Assembly: GCA_963663765.2 (NCBI GenBank)
Contig: CAXXUA010000004.1
Location: 672,001-736,000 of the forward strand
Direction: 5' to 3'
Origin: Candidatus Poribacteria bacterium
Lineage (GTDB): Bacteria > Poribacteria > WGA-4E > WGA-3G
Length of the DNA stretch: 64,000 bases
The notes beneath the pieces were generated by a model, which made no database searches, was not told where the DNA came from, and worked only from the letters and a program-made list of their open reading frames with translations. The position numbers and the translations under genes were made by a program. This document shows, in pieces, positions 21,737 through 31,116 of the stretch (the stretch's first letter is position 1; each line of letters begins with the position of its first letter).

Positions 21737-23254
21737 ATGAATTCTATATTTTTACAAACACTCAGAGACACGCTTGCTAATGCCAGTAAACCCAGTTGCG
21801 TTTATGATACTACTATCGCGATTGTGCGTGCTTATGGACATGCCGGTTTGTCTAAAGTTATTGAGTACTTGAAATCCGAACAAGATACACTTTCCGACTT
21901 GATATACGAGATGGAAAGTGTCGCGACCTTGATTAAAACACTGCGGACAAACGATAGACTTTTTTATTTATCCTATTTCCGAGATGCCCAAATAAATGCG
22001 AAGGTGTTTACCGTGGACGATGCGCGCACGTTGTATGTGCTGGAAAATGCCAGCGATCTGCTGAACGGAGGGACAAAGCGACATGATATACCCTCTCACA
22101 CGATCCTTGATGATGTTAATGAATTTCGTGAGTTGAATCATCTGAAGACTCTGATGCACCAGTCCGGTAAAAGTGGAATAGATAATTTATTGTTGCAATT
22201 GCGAGCAGATAGAGACCATCCACAGACAACTTTAGATTTGAATCAAAGAAGAACACTCTATGTGTTAGAACGTAATTACCAAGACATCACCAGTGAACTC
22301 TTCCCACAGTTTGAGTTTCGAGAACCCGTTGTGGAGAACAATCACGAAACTAACCAAACCGCAAAAGCAATGATGAAACAGATACGCCAATCTGAAAAAC
22401 ACTCCGGTAAGTCGTGGTCAGAAACGGTGGATAATACAAAGTTATACATACCGCAAATGATGCTTTACGGTATGCGACCTTTGAACCAGATATATGGGAC
22501 ACCTCTTGATGAATGGAGATTTGACACGTTTTTCTACGATGAGGAAACTTATGAGAGCTGCAATGTAGAGGATCGTGTGTGGTCGCAAGTTCACTATCTG
22601 TTAAACTCTATGCGCCCACAAGAAGCAATGAAATACCTTGATACTGAAGGCTATCTGGAGATATATACTCCATCTCATTTTAAAAGCCCAGATCACGCTG
22701 CAGCAACACTACTGAGCGATCTAATATGGGCAATGGTGATCAATGAAGAATTTATTTATGACACGGAACGCGAGGTTACCCCTGCCCCGCTACAAGATTA
22801 CACTTGGGTGAAGCCTGTATATGAGACATCACCATCAAACCTACCCCGCTACAATATTTCACATCGTAAACCGCGGCTGCAGTGGAATGAACCATCACAG
22901 AACTTAACAGAGGAAAACCAACTGGCGATGAAACTACTCAGGAAAATACAGGATGAGAACGTGAAAATTGACTACAAGAAACTCTATCTACTACAACTGG
23001 CGGAATACGGCGTGAAGGGCAGCAACGAGGAATTGGATCAACTACGCAAGGCGAACGACGAACTGATGGAGTGGCTGGGGAGAGTCGAGCAGGAACTCTC
23101 GTACCTGTGCAGCCTGCCACCAAAACAAGCGATGGATCGGCTACAAGTATCGGTGGAATTCCACAGAGCAGCTATGCAGAGTAATCCGAATTTGGGTGCA
23201 TACTACCTGATCAAAGGACTGATGCAACAACTGATGGAGCAGACCGAGTGTTAG
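21737..23254 (+). CDS. Hypothetical helical protein with A-A'-B-B' internal repeats
   Basis: RTLYVLE occurs twice; NQxA...KLYxxQ..YG...PxxAMxxL occurs twice. Confidence 0.75.
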   Translation: MNSIFLQTLRDTLANASKPSCVYDTTIAIVRAYGHAGLSKVIEYLKSEQDTLSDLIYEMESVATLIKTLRTNDRLFYLSYFRDAQINAKVFTVDDARTLYVLENASDLLNGGTKRHDIPSHTILDDVNEFRELNHLKTLMHQSGKSGIDNLLLQLRADRDHPQTTLDLNQRRTLYVLERNYQDITSELFPQFEFREPVVENNHETNQTAKAMMKQIRQSEKHSGKSWSETVDNTKLYIPQMMLYGMRPLNQIYGTPLDEWRFDTFFYDEETYESCNVEDRVWSQVHYLLNSMRPQEAMKYLDTEGYLEIYTPSHFKSPDHAAATLLSDLIWAMVINEEFIYDTEREVTPAPLQDYTWVKPVYETSPSNLPRYNISHRKPRLQWNEPSQNLTEENQLAMKLLRKIQDENVKIDYKKLYLLQLAEYGVKGSNEELDQLRKANDELMEWLGRVEQELSYLCSLPPKQAMDRLQVSVEFHRAAMQSNPNLGAYYLIKGLMQQLMEQTEC

Positions 23255-23621
23255 TAGTAATACAAGTAACAGATGTCATCAATAGTGATAGTTTCGTTTT
23301 CTCTGATAGGTAATATTTTCTTGACTAAATTCAAAAAATACCTATCCTACTTGTATCTGCTGGATAGGAATGCAATCATTAACTTTCCCTGTTAATGTCC
23401 TATCCACCCATATTGCATTGGAGAAAGCAGGTGCAGTTATTCTGCTGATACAATAATTTAGCCCGGAGTGAAGTGCCATTGATTTTTTAGACCATAATTT
23501 CGTAAAGTTAAGACAAGTGTTCTTTCTCAAATTCAATAGGTGTCAAATAACCATAGTTATATGACGCTATTTCGTCTCATTGAAAGCAAACACAAAAAAT
23601 AAACTGATCGGAGGATCAATC

Positions 23622-24134
23622 ATGAATATCAAACAAAAATTAGGATATATGTTTATCGGGTGTCTATTTACAATCGCAGGATACATCCTCGCATCGCTGG
23701 GTGGAGATACGACACACGCACAACAAAATGAATAGGTGATTGATAAAATCGTTTGTAGAGAGTTGGAAGTTGTTAACACTGCAGGAAAGGTAGTTGCCAG
23801 TATCGCTTCAAGTGATAATGGTGGGATTATGTCAGTCCAGAACACCGCAGGAAAGATCGTTGCTGGCATCGCTGTAACTGAACATGACAGTGGGATTATG
23901 TCAGTCCAGAACACCGCAGGAAAGATCGTTGCCTTTATTAGTGCAACGGATAATGGTGGGGGTATGTCAATCCAAAACACCGCAGGAAAGAATATTGTCG
24001 CTATCAATGCAACGAAAGATGGTGGGGGTATGTCAATCCAAAACACCGCAGGAAAGAATGTTATCCGCTTCGGTGTCACTGAAAAAGGCAACGGGGGTAT
24101 ACAAACCTACAAAGACGGTTGGCGTATCCATTAA
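23622..24134 (+). pseudogene. Secreted beta-repeat protein with in-frame TAG at 23733
   Basis: RBS GGAGG, then MNIKQKLGYMFIGCLF...QQNE*VIDKIVC in the same frame as ORF 23736. Five 22-23 aa NTAGK repeats. Confidence 0.75.
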
Positions 24135-24143
24135 AGGAACAAA

Positions 24144-25076
24144 ATGATGAATAACACAAGCATCGTCCAATCGGACAAAGACACAAGTGCCAACATCACA
24201 CTCAGACAAGAGACTGAAAATCTAATCAGGGCAAGTATCGCGCCGAATACACTGAAAGCATATCGGCATGCTTTGGCGGGGATTCAGACGTACCTTTCGG
24301 ATCATAACTTAGAGATTTCTGATGGTGCTTTAGCTGCTTATATCACAGAGCTATATGGACAAGGACGCGCGCCTTCGTCAATATCTATTGTGGTGGCTGC
24401 GGCGCGTTGGCAACTGCGGAATGAAAGCAAGAATTATGATTTACCGGTCACCACTCGGACATTAGCAGGCATTCGACGCGAAGGAAAAAATCGCGGACGT
24501 GGACAAGTCACTGGACTTGATTGGCAACAAACAGAACGAGTCTGTGCATTCGCTGAATCGGAAAACACGATCGCAGGCTTACGTGATAGTGCGATGATAC
24601 GGCTTATGTCTGATTGTTTGCTTCGCGTTTCTGAAGTGGTCGCGGTAGATGTATCGGATTTTGAAAAGCAAGCTCTGATAGTTCAAACATCCAAGACAGA
24701 TCAAGAGGGTGCGTCAACCGCGCTTTATGTGACAAATGTAACACGGGACATCATAGAAAGGTATAAAACGCGTGCGGGTATCACATCGGATGCATTGTTT
24801 CGTTGGATACGCCGGGGTGATCATATCCAATCGAAAAGATTGACGGATTTCTCTGCGCGGCGGATCATACAGAAACGTGCATCTGATGCCGGTGTCAAAG
24901 GATTTATTGCTGGGCATTCGCTTAGGGTTGGTTCTGCGGTTGCTTTGGCACAAGCGGGTGCTTCCGTTGTGGAGATGCAAATTGCGGGCAGGTGGAAAAG
25001 TTCAGAGATGCCGGCACATTACGCGAAATCGGAACTGGCGGAACGCGGAGCAATCGCGAAGTATAAAGAAAAATAA
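24144..25076 (+). CDS. Cre-like tyrosine recombinase/integrase
   Basis: LRD...LLRVSE, SKTDQ, GHSLRVG, AGRWKS..MPAHY (R-K-H-R-W-Y catalytic set). Confidence 0.92.
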   Translation: MMNNTSIVQSDKDTSANITLRQETENLIRASIAPNTLKAYRHALAGIQTYLSDHNLEISDGALAAYITELYGQGRAPSSISIVVAAARWQLRNESKNYDLPVTTRTLAGIRREGKNRGRGQVTGLDWQQTERVCAFAESENTIAGLRDSAMIRLMSDCLLRVSEVVAVDVSDFEKQALIVQTSKTDQEGASTALYVTNVTRDIIERYKTRAGITSDALFRWIRRGDHIQSKRLTDFSARRIIQKRASDAGVKGFIAGHSLRVGSAVALAQAGASVVEMQIAGRWKSSEMPAHYAKSELAERGAIAKYKEK

Positions 25077-25196
25077 CGATAAGTAATTCAAAACTCTACC
25101 ATAATAAGAACTCTTTTGATATAATGAAACCATTATATTTTCCTCAAAAGGCGTTCTCTTAGATTTTAAGAAAGTCAGACCCGGGAAACTCACAAA

Positions 25197-26282
25197 ATGA
25201 ATGACATTGTAAATGCTCACTATACACTTGGCAAAGCTGCGCTTGAGGATGGACAAGTTGACCAAGCGATCACACATTTTGAAGCGTCTTTGAAACTTGA
25301 CCCTGAGTTTATTGACGCTCACCACGCCCTTGCTCTGTGTTACTTCTCACAGCATAAACTCCGAGAAGCGAAAGACGCTGCACAAGCTGCGCTCAAACTT
25401 GACCCAACCTACGAACCTGCTCTCTCCTTCTTACAAGCCATCGAGCCACAGGAAGCAAGAACAGCCGCTGAAAAGCAGATACCTACCGAAAATACGGAAC
25501 AACCTGTCAGACCTGTTCCGAGTCAACAAACAAAGCCATCTGTTGATGAAACGGAACTTGATACTCACAAAGAGATGGAACGCGGACTGGTTTTCCTCAA
25601 TAATAAACAATACCCGCAGGCAGAAGCTCTGTTCAAAAGGGTGATAAAAACAAACCCACAAGACGCACCAGCGCATTATCACCTTGCACAAACATACTTA
25701 GAAATCGACGCATTGAATGACGCACAAAAAGAAGTTGACACAGCTTTACGGCTGAGCCCCCAGTATCAACCCGCACATCAACTGCGAGACGCAATTTTAT
25801 TCGTCGCCAAGCGGAACAAACAGAAACAGCTTCAGAAGAAACTGAAACGTTACCTGATCCCGTTTGCAATTGTCGTAACCCTCGTCTTTATTGCGTTCAA
25901 TCTCGGTTTTTTCCGCAGTCTATTGCCAGAGAAGTCTCCGCCTGATGTCGCTATTGATGCAATATTAGAGGATCCTGAAAACAAGAACGGGCTTATTGAT
26001 GCGGGGGAACTGGTGCGACTCAAGTTGACGCTTACGAACAGTGGCAGCACTGTGAAAAATGTCAAGGTGCGTCTTTCTCCAAAGTCTATCGGTGGGTTGC
26101 GGTATGATCTCCCCGACAGACAGTTGACGCTCCGTAAAAATGGATTTGAAACGCTGCGTATCCCGATGACTGCGGATCAACAAGCACGCACGCAGAAAAT
26201 AACGATACAAATAGAGGTCTTAGATAAATCGCTTGTTGTGCTTGCAACCACAAGCGTTCACCTGCATATCAAATCAAAATAA
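25197..26282 (+). CDS. TPR membrane protein with C-terminal Ig-like domain
   Basis: Two TPR clusters, one TM helix, then NGLIDAGE...LTNSG beta domain. Confidence 0.8.
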   Translation: MNDIVNAHYTLGKAALEDGQVDQAITHFEASLKLDPEFIDAHHALALCYFSQHKLREAKDAAQAALKLDPTYEPALSFLQAIEPQEARTAAEKQIPTENTEQPVRPVPSQQTKPSVDETELDTHKEMERGLVFLNNKQYPQAEALFKRVIKTNPQDAPAHYHLAQTYLEIDALNDAQKEVDTALRLSPQYQPAHQLRDAILFVAKRNKQKQLQKKLKRYLIPFAIVVTLVFIAFNLGFFRSLLPEKSPPDVAIDAILEDPENKNGLIDAGELVRLKLTLTNSGSTVKNVKVRLSPKSIGGLRYDLPDRQLTLRKNGFETLRIPMTADQQARTQKITIQIEVLDKSLVVLATTSVHLHIKSK

Positions 26283-26292
26283 GGAAAATAAT

Positions 26293-28119
26293 ATGGATAG
26301 ACGGCTACTCCAGCGCGCGTTCCAAACAGAATATAGAAAGCGCGGTTTTCTTATTTCTTTTCTCACCCATGTCATCGTGTGCCTCATCTGCAGTTTCTTT
26401 TTCATCAACGCACAGATACAAGAAACTGAAGATGAAATACATGTAGAACTTATAGAGGCACGATCGCGAAAGAATAAAACACTGCCAATACCAAAGAAAG
26501 AACCCGAACCGCCAAAAGAAGAACCACCCAAACAACCTGAAATAATACCTATACAACCTGAAAAAACGACTCTCATCAAGCAAAAGCGAACGATGCAGCA
26601 AAAACAGGGGGAAGTCAAACAAACAGAACATCCCGCCGAAATACCCAAGATGCAAGCCACAAAAACGGAGACAGAACACCTACAACCCAATAGTCTAAGT
26701 GACACCTCAAAAACTGAAGATGTGCCAATCGTATTAGAGACCCCAGATTTGTCTACAGACGCGGATTTGACACCTACGCCCGATTCGGTATTAGCACCCA
26801 TAGGAGGAGAAACCGCGACCGCTGCAGAAAAAAGTGTCGGGAGACGCAAAGGCACTTACGCAAGAACAACAGGCACAAAAAAGGGACTCAGTATCGGTGA
26901 TCCAAGCACAGGAACAGCGAAAACAAACGGTAAAGGAAACACGAACTCTGGAAAGGGGGACACAAAATATGGTGGCACAAACTCTGGAAATGGTGACACA
27001 TTTAGCAGTATCATACAGCAAATCACTGATGATATTATTCAAAGCAGTGCCGGCGCACCTATTGATGTCGTCTTTGTCGTGGACGCTTCTGGCAGTATGC
27101 AAGACAATATAAACGCAGTCGCAGAACATCTCGGACTCATGATTGATGCATATAAAGCGTCTGAGATTGATTACCAACTCGGCTTAACCGACTTCTTTGT
27201 GGATAGAACGGGCAACCAAAAGATTACGGTGTCGCCCCTGACAACAAGCTTACAAAAATATAAACAGATGCTCTACGCAATTATACCCACTGGTGATGAA
27301 AACGCGCTCGATGCAATTCATCAGACCGTGACAGAAATGCAATTCAGACCCAATACTGTCAAACATTTTATCCTCGTCACTGATGAACCTTTCACCAGCA
27401 AGCTTGGGGAAACAGTTGATAGCACAATCAATCTTTGTAGACAAAATGAAATCTATGTGAATGTGCTCGGCTTGAATATGCCACAACACAAACGGCTCGC
27501 AGAAGAAACGGATGGCACATTCCACGCTGTCCCTCAAGACCCGAAATCGCAGATACTCACACAACAACCTAAAACAGTTCAGGACATCGGACAACGTATA
27601 CTCAGAGATGCTGCCAACCTTCCCACAGATATTATACTATTCGTTGATACAAGTAAAAGTATGGAAAGCAAAATGGATTATATCACACAACAGATCAATA
27701 TGTGGAGACGCAGCTGGGATAACGCAATGATTGACTATCGTATCGGCGTCGTCAGATACAGAGCAAAAGGCAGCGTCAATATCGTCAACGTCTACAACCC
27801 ACCCCAAACACAACAACAGATACACAAGATTTTAGAAATCCCCACTCAAAATGATGAGAACTTGTTTCACGCTGTCATTGAAGCCATAAAACGCATAAAA
27901 ACAAGACCCAACGCAAAAACACATTTTATACTCATCACAGATGAACCCGGAAATCCAAAACAAACTATCACCGGCACCATATTGATGCTGAACGAAAAAG
28001 GAATCGTCGTGAGTGTGATCGGAACGATTGACACATTCCAACAACAAGTCGCACAACAAACAGGCGGAATTTGGGTGGAAATGCCAAACGCACACAAAAA
28101 AAACGAAACATATCATTGA
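26293..28119 (+). CDS. Membrane-anchored protein with TonB-like Pro-rich linker and two VWA domains
   Basis: SFLTH TM anchor, EPEPPKEEP linker, MIDAS motifs DASGSM and DTSKSM, each followed by TDEP. Confidence 0.85.
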   Translation: MDRRLLQRAFQTEYRKRGFLISFLTHVIVCLICSFFFINAQIQETEDEIHVELIEARSRKNKTLPIPKKEPEPPKEEPPKQPEIIPIQPEKTTLIKQKRTMQQKQGEVKQTEHPAEIPKMQATKTETEHLQPNSLSDTSKTEDVPIVLETPDLSTDADLTPTPDSVLAPIGGETATAAEKSVGRRKGTYARTTGTKKGLSIGDPSTGTAKTNGKGNTNSGKGDTKYGGTNSGNGDTFSSIIQQITDDIIQSSAGAPIDVVFVVDASGSMQDNINAVAEHLGLMIDAYKASEIDYQLGLTDFFVDRTGNQKITVSPLTTSLQKYKQMLYAIIPTGDENALDAIHQTVTEMQFRPNTVKHFILVTDEPFTSKLGETVDSTINLCRQNEIYVNVLGLNMPQHKRLAEETDGTFHAVPQDPKSQILTQQPKTVQDIGQRILRDAANLPTDIILFVDTSKSMESKMDYITQQINMWRRSWDNAMIDYRIGVVRYRAKGSVNIVNVYNPPQTQQQIHKILEIPTQNDENLFHAVIEAIKRIKTRPNAKTHFILITDEPGNPKQTITGTILMLNEKGIVVSVIGTIDTFQQQVAQQTGGIWVEMPNAHKKNETYH

Positions 28120-28208
28120 GCAACATATCACCATATTTGACTATACTCAACAAGAAGGAAAACAAATGAACTTTAAGCAAAAGCAGGATACATGTTATTA
28201 CAGCGTAT

Positions 28209-28582
28209 CTCATAAATATTTTAGTGACATACGTATGCAAGCAAGAAGTACAAAACCTAAATAATTTTCAGCGTAGTATTCCCAACGAACAACTAAACGC
28301 CGATAATCCTCTAACCAACTGAAAAATCTTTCTACTTTGAAACGACGCTTATACCGTCGTAAACGCCGACCCTCCTGTGTAGCCTGTTTTTTTACGATTC
28401 TTTTTATGAGGTGCTACCATTTCAATACCACGTTCCCTCAAAGAAGCATCTAAAGGATCAGAGGCATAGGCTTAGTCACCAATCAACACTGCGGGGTTTT
28501 CGGATATCCAACATGCGTTCAATGCCGGTTCAACCAGGCGCACCTCATGACAAGAGACATCTGTAATGAAAACATTCACAGG
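28209..28582 (-). pseudogene. IS5 family transposase C-terminal remnant
   Basis: LIGD*AYASDPL...RRYKRRFKVERFFSWLEDYRRLVVRWEY, with a stop and a frameshift. Confidence 0.8.
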
Positions 28583-28930
28583 TCTTACAATACTCAACTT
28601 TATACGCGGTGTTGTGGACATGGAACATTCAGAATTAATTACAAACGAGTTTCGGGCATATAATGTGATCGGTAGACAAATGAAACATGCTGTTATCAAT
28701 CACTAAGAGCAGTCGCGGACGGTGACGTGCATACGAATACGATAGAGAGGTTTTGGAGTTTGCTAAAACGGGCATGGTACGGACAACAACACCATTATCG
28801 GTCAAAATATACGCCTCTATATAGCTGAAGAATGCTACAAGAATAATTATCAAGATATCAATGCATTCGCGAAATTTATAGCAGATTCAATGAAATTTGA
28901 AAGTTAATTGAACTTTTGCGAATTAACGTG
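28581..28930 (+). pseudogene. IS1595 family transposase C-terminal remnant
   Basis: LITNEFRAYN...HAVINH*...DGDVHTNTIERFWSLLKRAWYGQQHHY. Confidence 0.75.
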
Positions 28931-29068
28931 ATATTATAAAAGAAGTGTGGCATGTTACATACCACACTCAAATACAGCTGTTTGCCATCCGTCACTGTCA
29001 CAGACATACGTTTGGTAAACAACTATATAATCACTTATTTCTTATCAAAAGTCAAGGGAATCAGTTTA

Positions 29069-29788
29069 TTACCAATCTTTGTATAGCACGTTATATACAG
29101 TGCCATCAGATTTTACGAAAAACATAATTGATTCTACCTTGTGCCGAGTTACATGTCCTGTAACAACCTTCTTTTGTGACTTTAAACCTTTGACAAAAGC
29201 ATTAGAACTATCGGAACGTGCGTTTTCACGCATCTTGTTAATGGCATCACTATGAACAGAGCTTACAAGACTATCTCCACTCGAATTACGCGTTTTAGAC
29301 TTCCATTCATACCTGTCAAGGTAAGGGTTATACCACATTTCACCCTGTGTTTCAGATTTCTCTAATTTTAGTGGTGACTTTAATGGATCGATCTGTGGGA
29401 TAAATGGCTCTTCTAACGGTTTATTATTCTGTAGGGCGGGCACATAATCATATTGTGGCACAGAAAACTGCTTCTCATTTGTCCATATAAAAATCTTCCC
29501 ACCAGTGTAATCATCAGTAATATTTTGTGGCGGACCAATCCTCTGGATTACTTCAGATATATGACGACCAACATTAGCCTCTTTGATTTCTTCTACTATC
29601 AATTGTTTTTCCAACTGCTTTTTCTCTTTATAAGACTCTGCTTCCTCAACTGTTTCCAGAAAAATGTAACCGATTGTCCCTGCCACTGCCACACCTGATA
29701 AAACAGCAATACCATTAGATATTGATTTTCCAGAACACCCAGTTAATATAGTAATTAACGCTACTATCACAACAAAATTTCTAAACAT
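29069..29788 (-). CDS. Putative lipoprotein
   Basis: Lipobox ILTGC, GGAG RBS. Confidence 0.7.
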   Translation of the reverse strand: MFRNFVVIVALITILTGCSGKSISNGIAVLSGVAVAGTIGYIFLETVEEAESYKEKKQLEKQLIVEEIKEANVGRHISEVIQRIGPPQNITDDYTGGKIFIWTNEKQFSVPQYDYVPALQNNKPLEEPFIPQIDPLKSPLKLEKSETQGEMWYNPYLDRYEWKSKTRNSSGDSLVSSVHSDAINKMRENARSDSSNAFVKGLKSQKKVVTGHVTRHKVESIMFFVKSDGTVYNVLYKDW

Positions 29789-29898
29789 TGTACATCTCCT
29801 TGTTTTAGTCTGTAGGTCGAGGTTTGAAGTTCATTCCTACAAATTGCATCGTCTCAGTAGGAGCGAACTCCAAATCTCGTGCTAATAAATCTTAGCTA

Positions 29899-30748
29899 GG
29901 TAGTGTTTACATATTCTTATATTGTTATGAGAATTGATGCGAAATATACAAAACCGAGATACCGGTCTGCGTATTTATCATAACGTGTTGCTACACGACG
30001 ATACTGTTTTAATCGATGAAAGAAACGTTCTATTTTGTTTCGCTGTTTATATAACTCTTTGTCATAGGTGCGTATTTCAGTGCGATTTTTGCGCGGCGGT
30101 ATCACAGCCGTCGCATTGTTGGAGACGATCTCCTCTATAAAAGCATCCGAATCGTAGGCTTTATCTCCTATCACATACTGATAAGAAAAACCTTTGATCA
30201 GTGCAGATGCTTGCGTAATATCATGGCATTGTCCTGCTGTCAAAGTAAACCTGAGAGGTATCCATTCATCGCTGAGAGATAGATTTAGTTTCGTGGTAAA
30301 TCCGCCTCGGCTCCGACCAAGTGCTTGTGTTTCTTGTCCTCCTTTTTTTTAGGTGCACCGGCTGAGCAGGAGTGGGCGCGCACTATCGTGCTATCAACGA
30401 GAATGGTAGAAATCTCACTCGCATCGTGAACTTGAAAAATACCCGATTCACACCATCTACCGAACCGACGATAGATAGTGTTCCAGTATCCATAGACTTT
30501 AGGCAAAGCACGCCAGGAAGCTCCTTCTTTAGTCATCCAGATAAGTGCAGAGAGAAACCGTCTGCAGTCTTGTGGATCACCAACATAGACGTTGGGATAC
30601 GCTCGGAGAAAAGGTAAAAGGCTTTTCCAAGCTGCGTCACTGATGGAATGGGGGAGTTCTTGGGATTTATCTGTTTTTTCGCTATTCATATATACAAAAT
30701 ACTATAATTTCTGTAAAATGTCAATACAAATTAAATGTAAACACAACC
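29899..30748 (-). mobile_element. IS5 family element (two ORFs: 30285..30689 and 29917..~30340)
   Basis: IRs GGTAGTGTTTACAT / ATGTAAACACAACC flanked by TA. WRALP..YG.W, VDSTIVRAH, GDKAYDS, RNKIERFF...RRVATRYDK. A-run slip site. Confidence 0.9.
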
Positions 30749-30766
30749 TAATAACCTTTGATGACT

Positions 30767-30859
30767 CACTCTGTCATCATCTATCAACTGCGCGATGCAA
30801 AATGGATGACCAAAGAGGTAATGGGCGCAGACAAAAATCCTGCCACAAACTTGTTATAG
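30767..30859 (+). pseudogene. cas2: 3' fragment of cas2
   Basis: HSVIIYQLRDAKWMTKEVMGADKNPATNLL* resembles type I-B Cas2 C-termini (DSVIIY...KEVLG..K....N) and sits in the canonical position before the leader. Confidence 0.7.
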
Positions 30860-31116
30860 ACTGGTGTTAGGGCAATAATCGGTCAACACATCTGCCGTCA
30901 ACCTCTGAATTATAGCGCATATTGCGTTAATACTTTCTTACGAAATATGGTAAAAAGTGTCTATAAACGCAGTCAGGACATACTGCCGTCAACCTCCCAG
31001 AGAATTTGCACGATTGGAGGTCGACAGCAGACACCCCAAAAATCCGTGCAAAACCAAAATTAACTTGACAGCAACTGTGCGGGTTTGTTATCATATACAT
31101 GTCATTTTCGGATAGC
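30860..31116 (+). promoter_or_regulatory. CRISPR leader
   Basis: CTGCCGTCAACCTC at 30892 and 30983, inverted copy GAGGTCGACAGCAG at 31017. TTGACA(31065)-18-TATCAT promoter. Confidence 0.8.

Noticed and set aside
23567-24091. 174-aa minus-strand repeat ORF
   Set aside because: Antisense shadow of the NTAGK repeat gene, which has the RBS and signal peptide.
24144-25076. Integron integrase with a cassette array
   Set aside because: The protein is Cre-like (Trp in the H/W position, no IntI-specific insertion recognised), and no attC-like sites were seen between genes.
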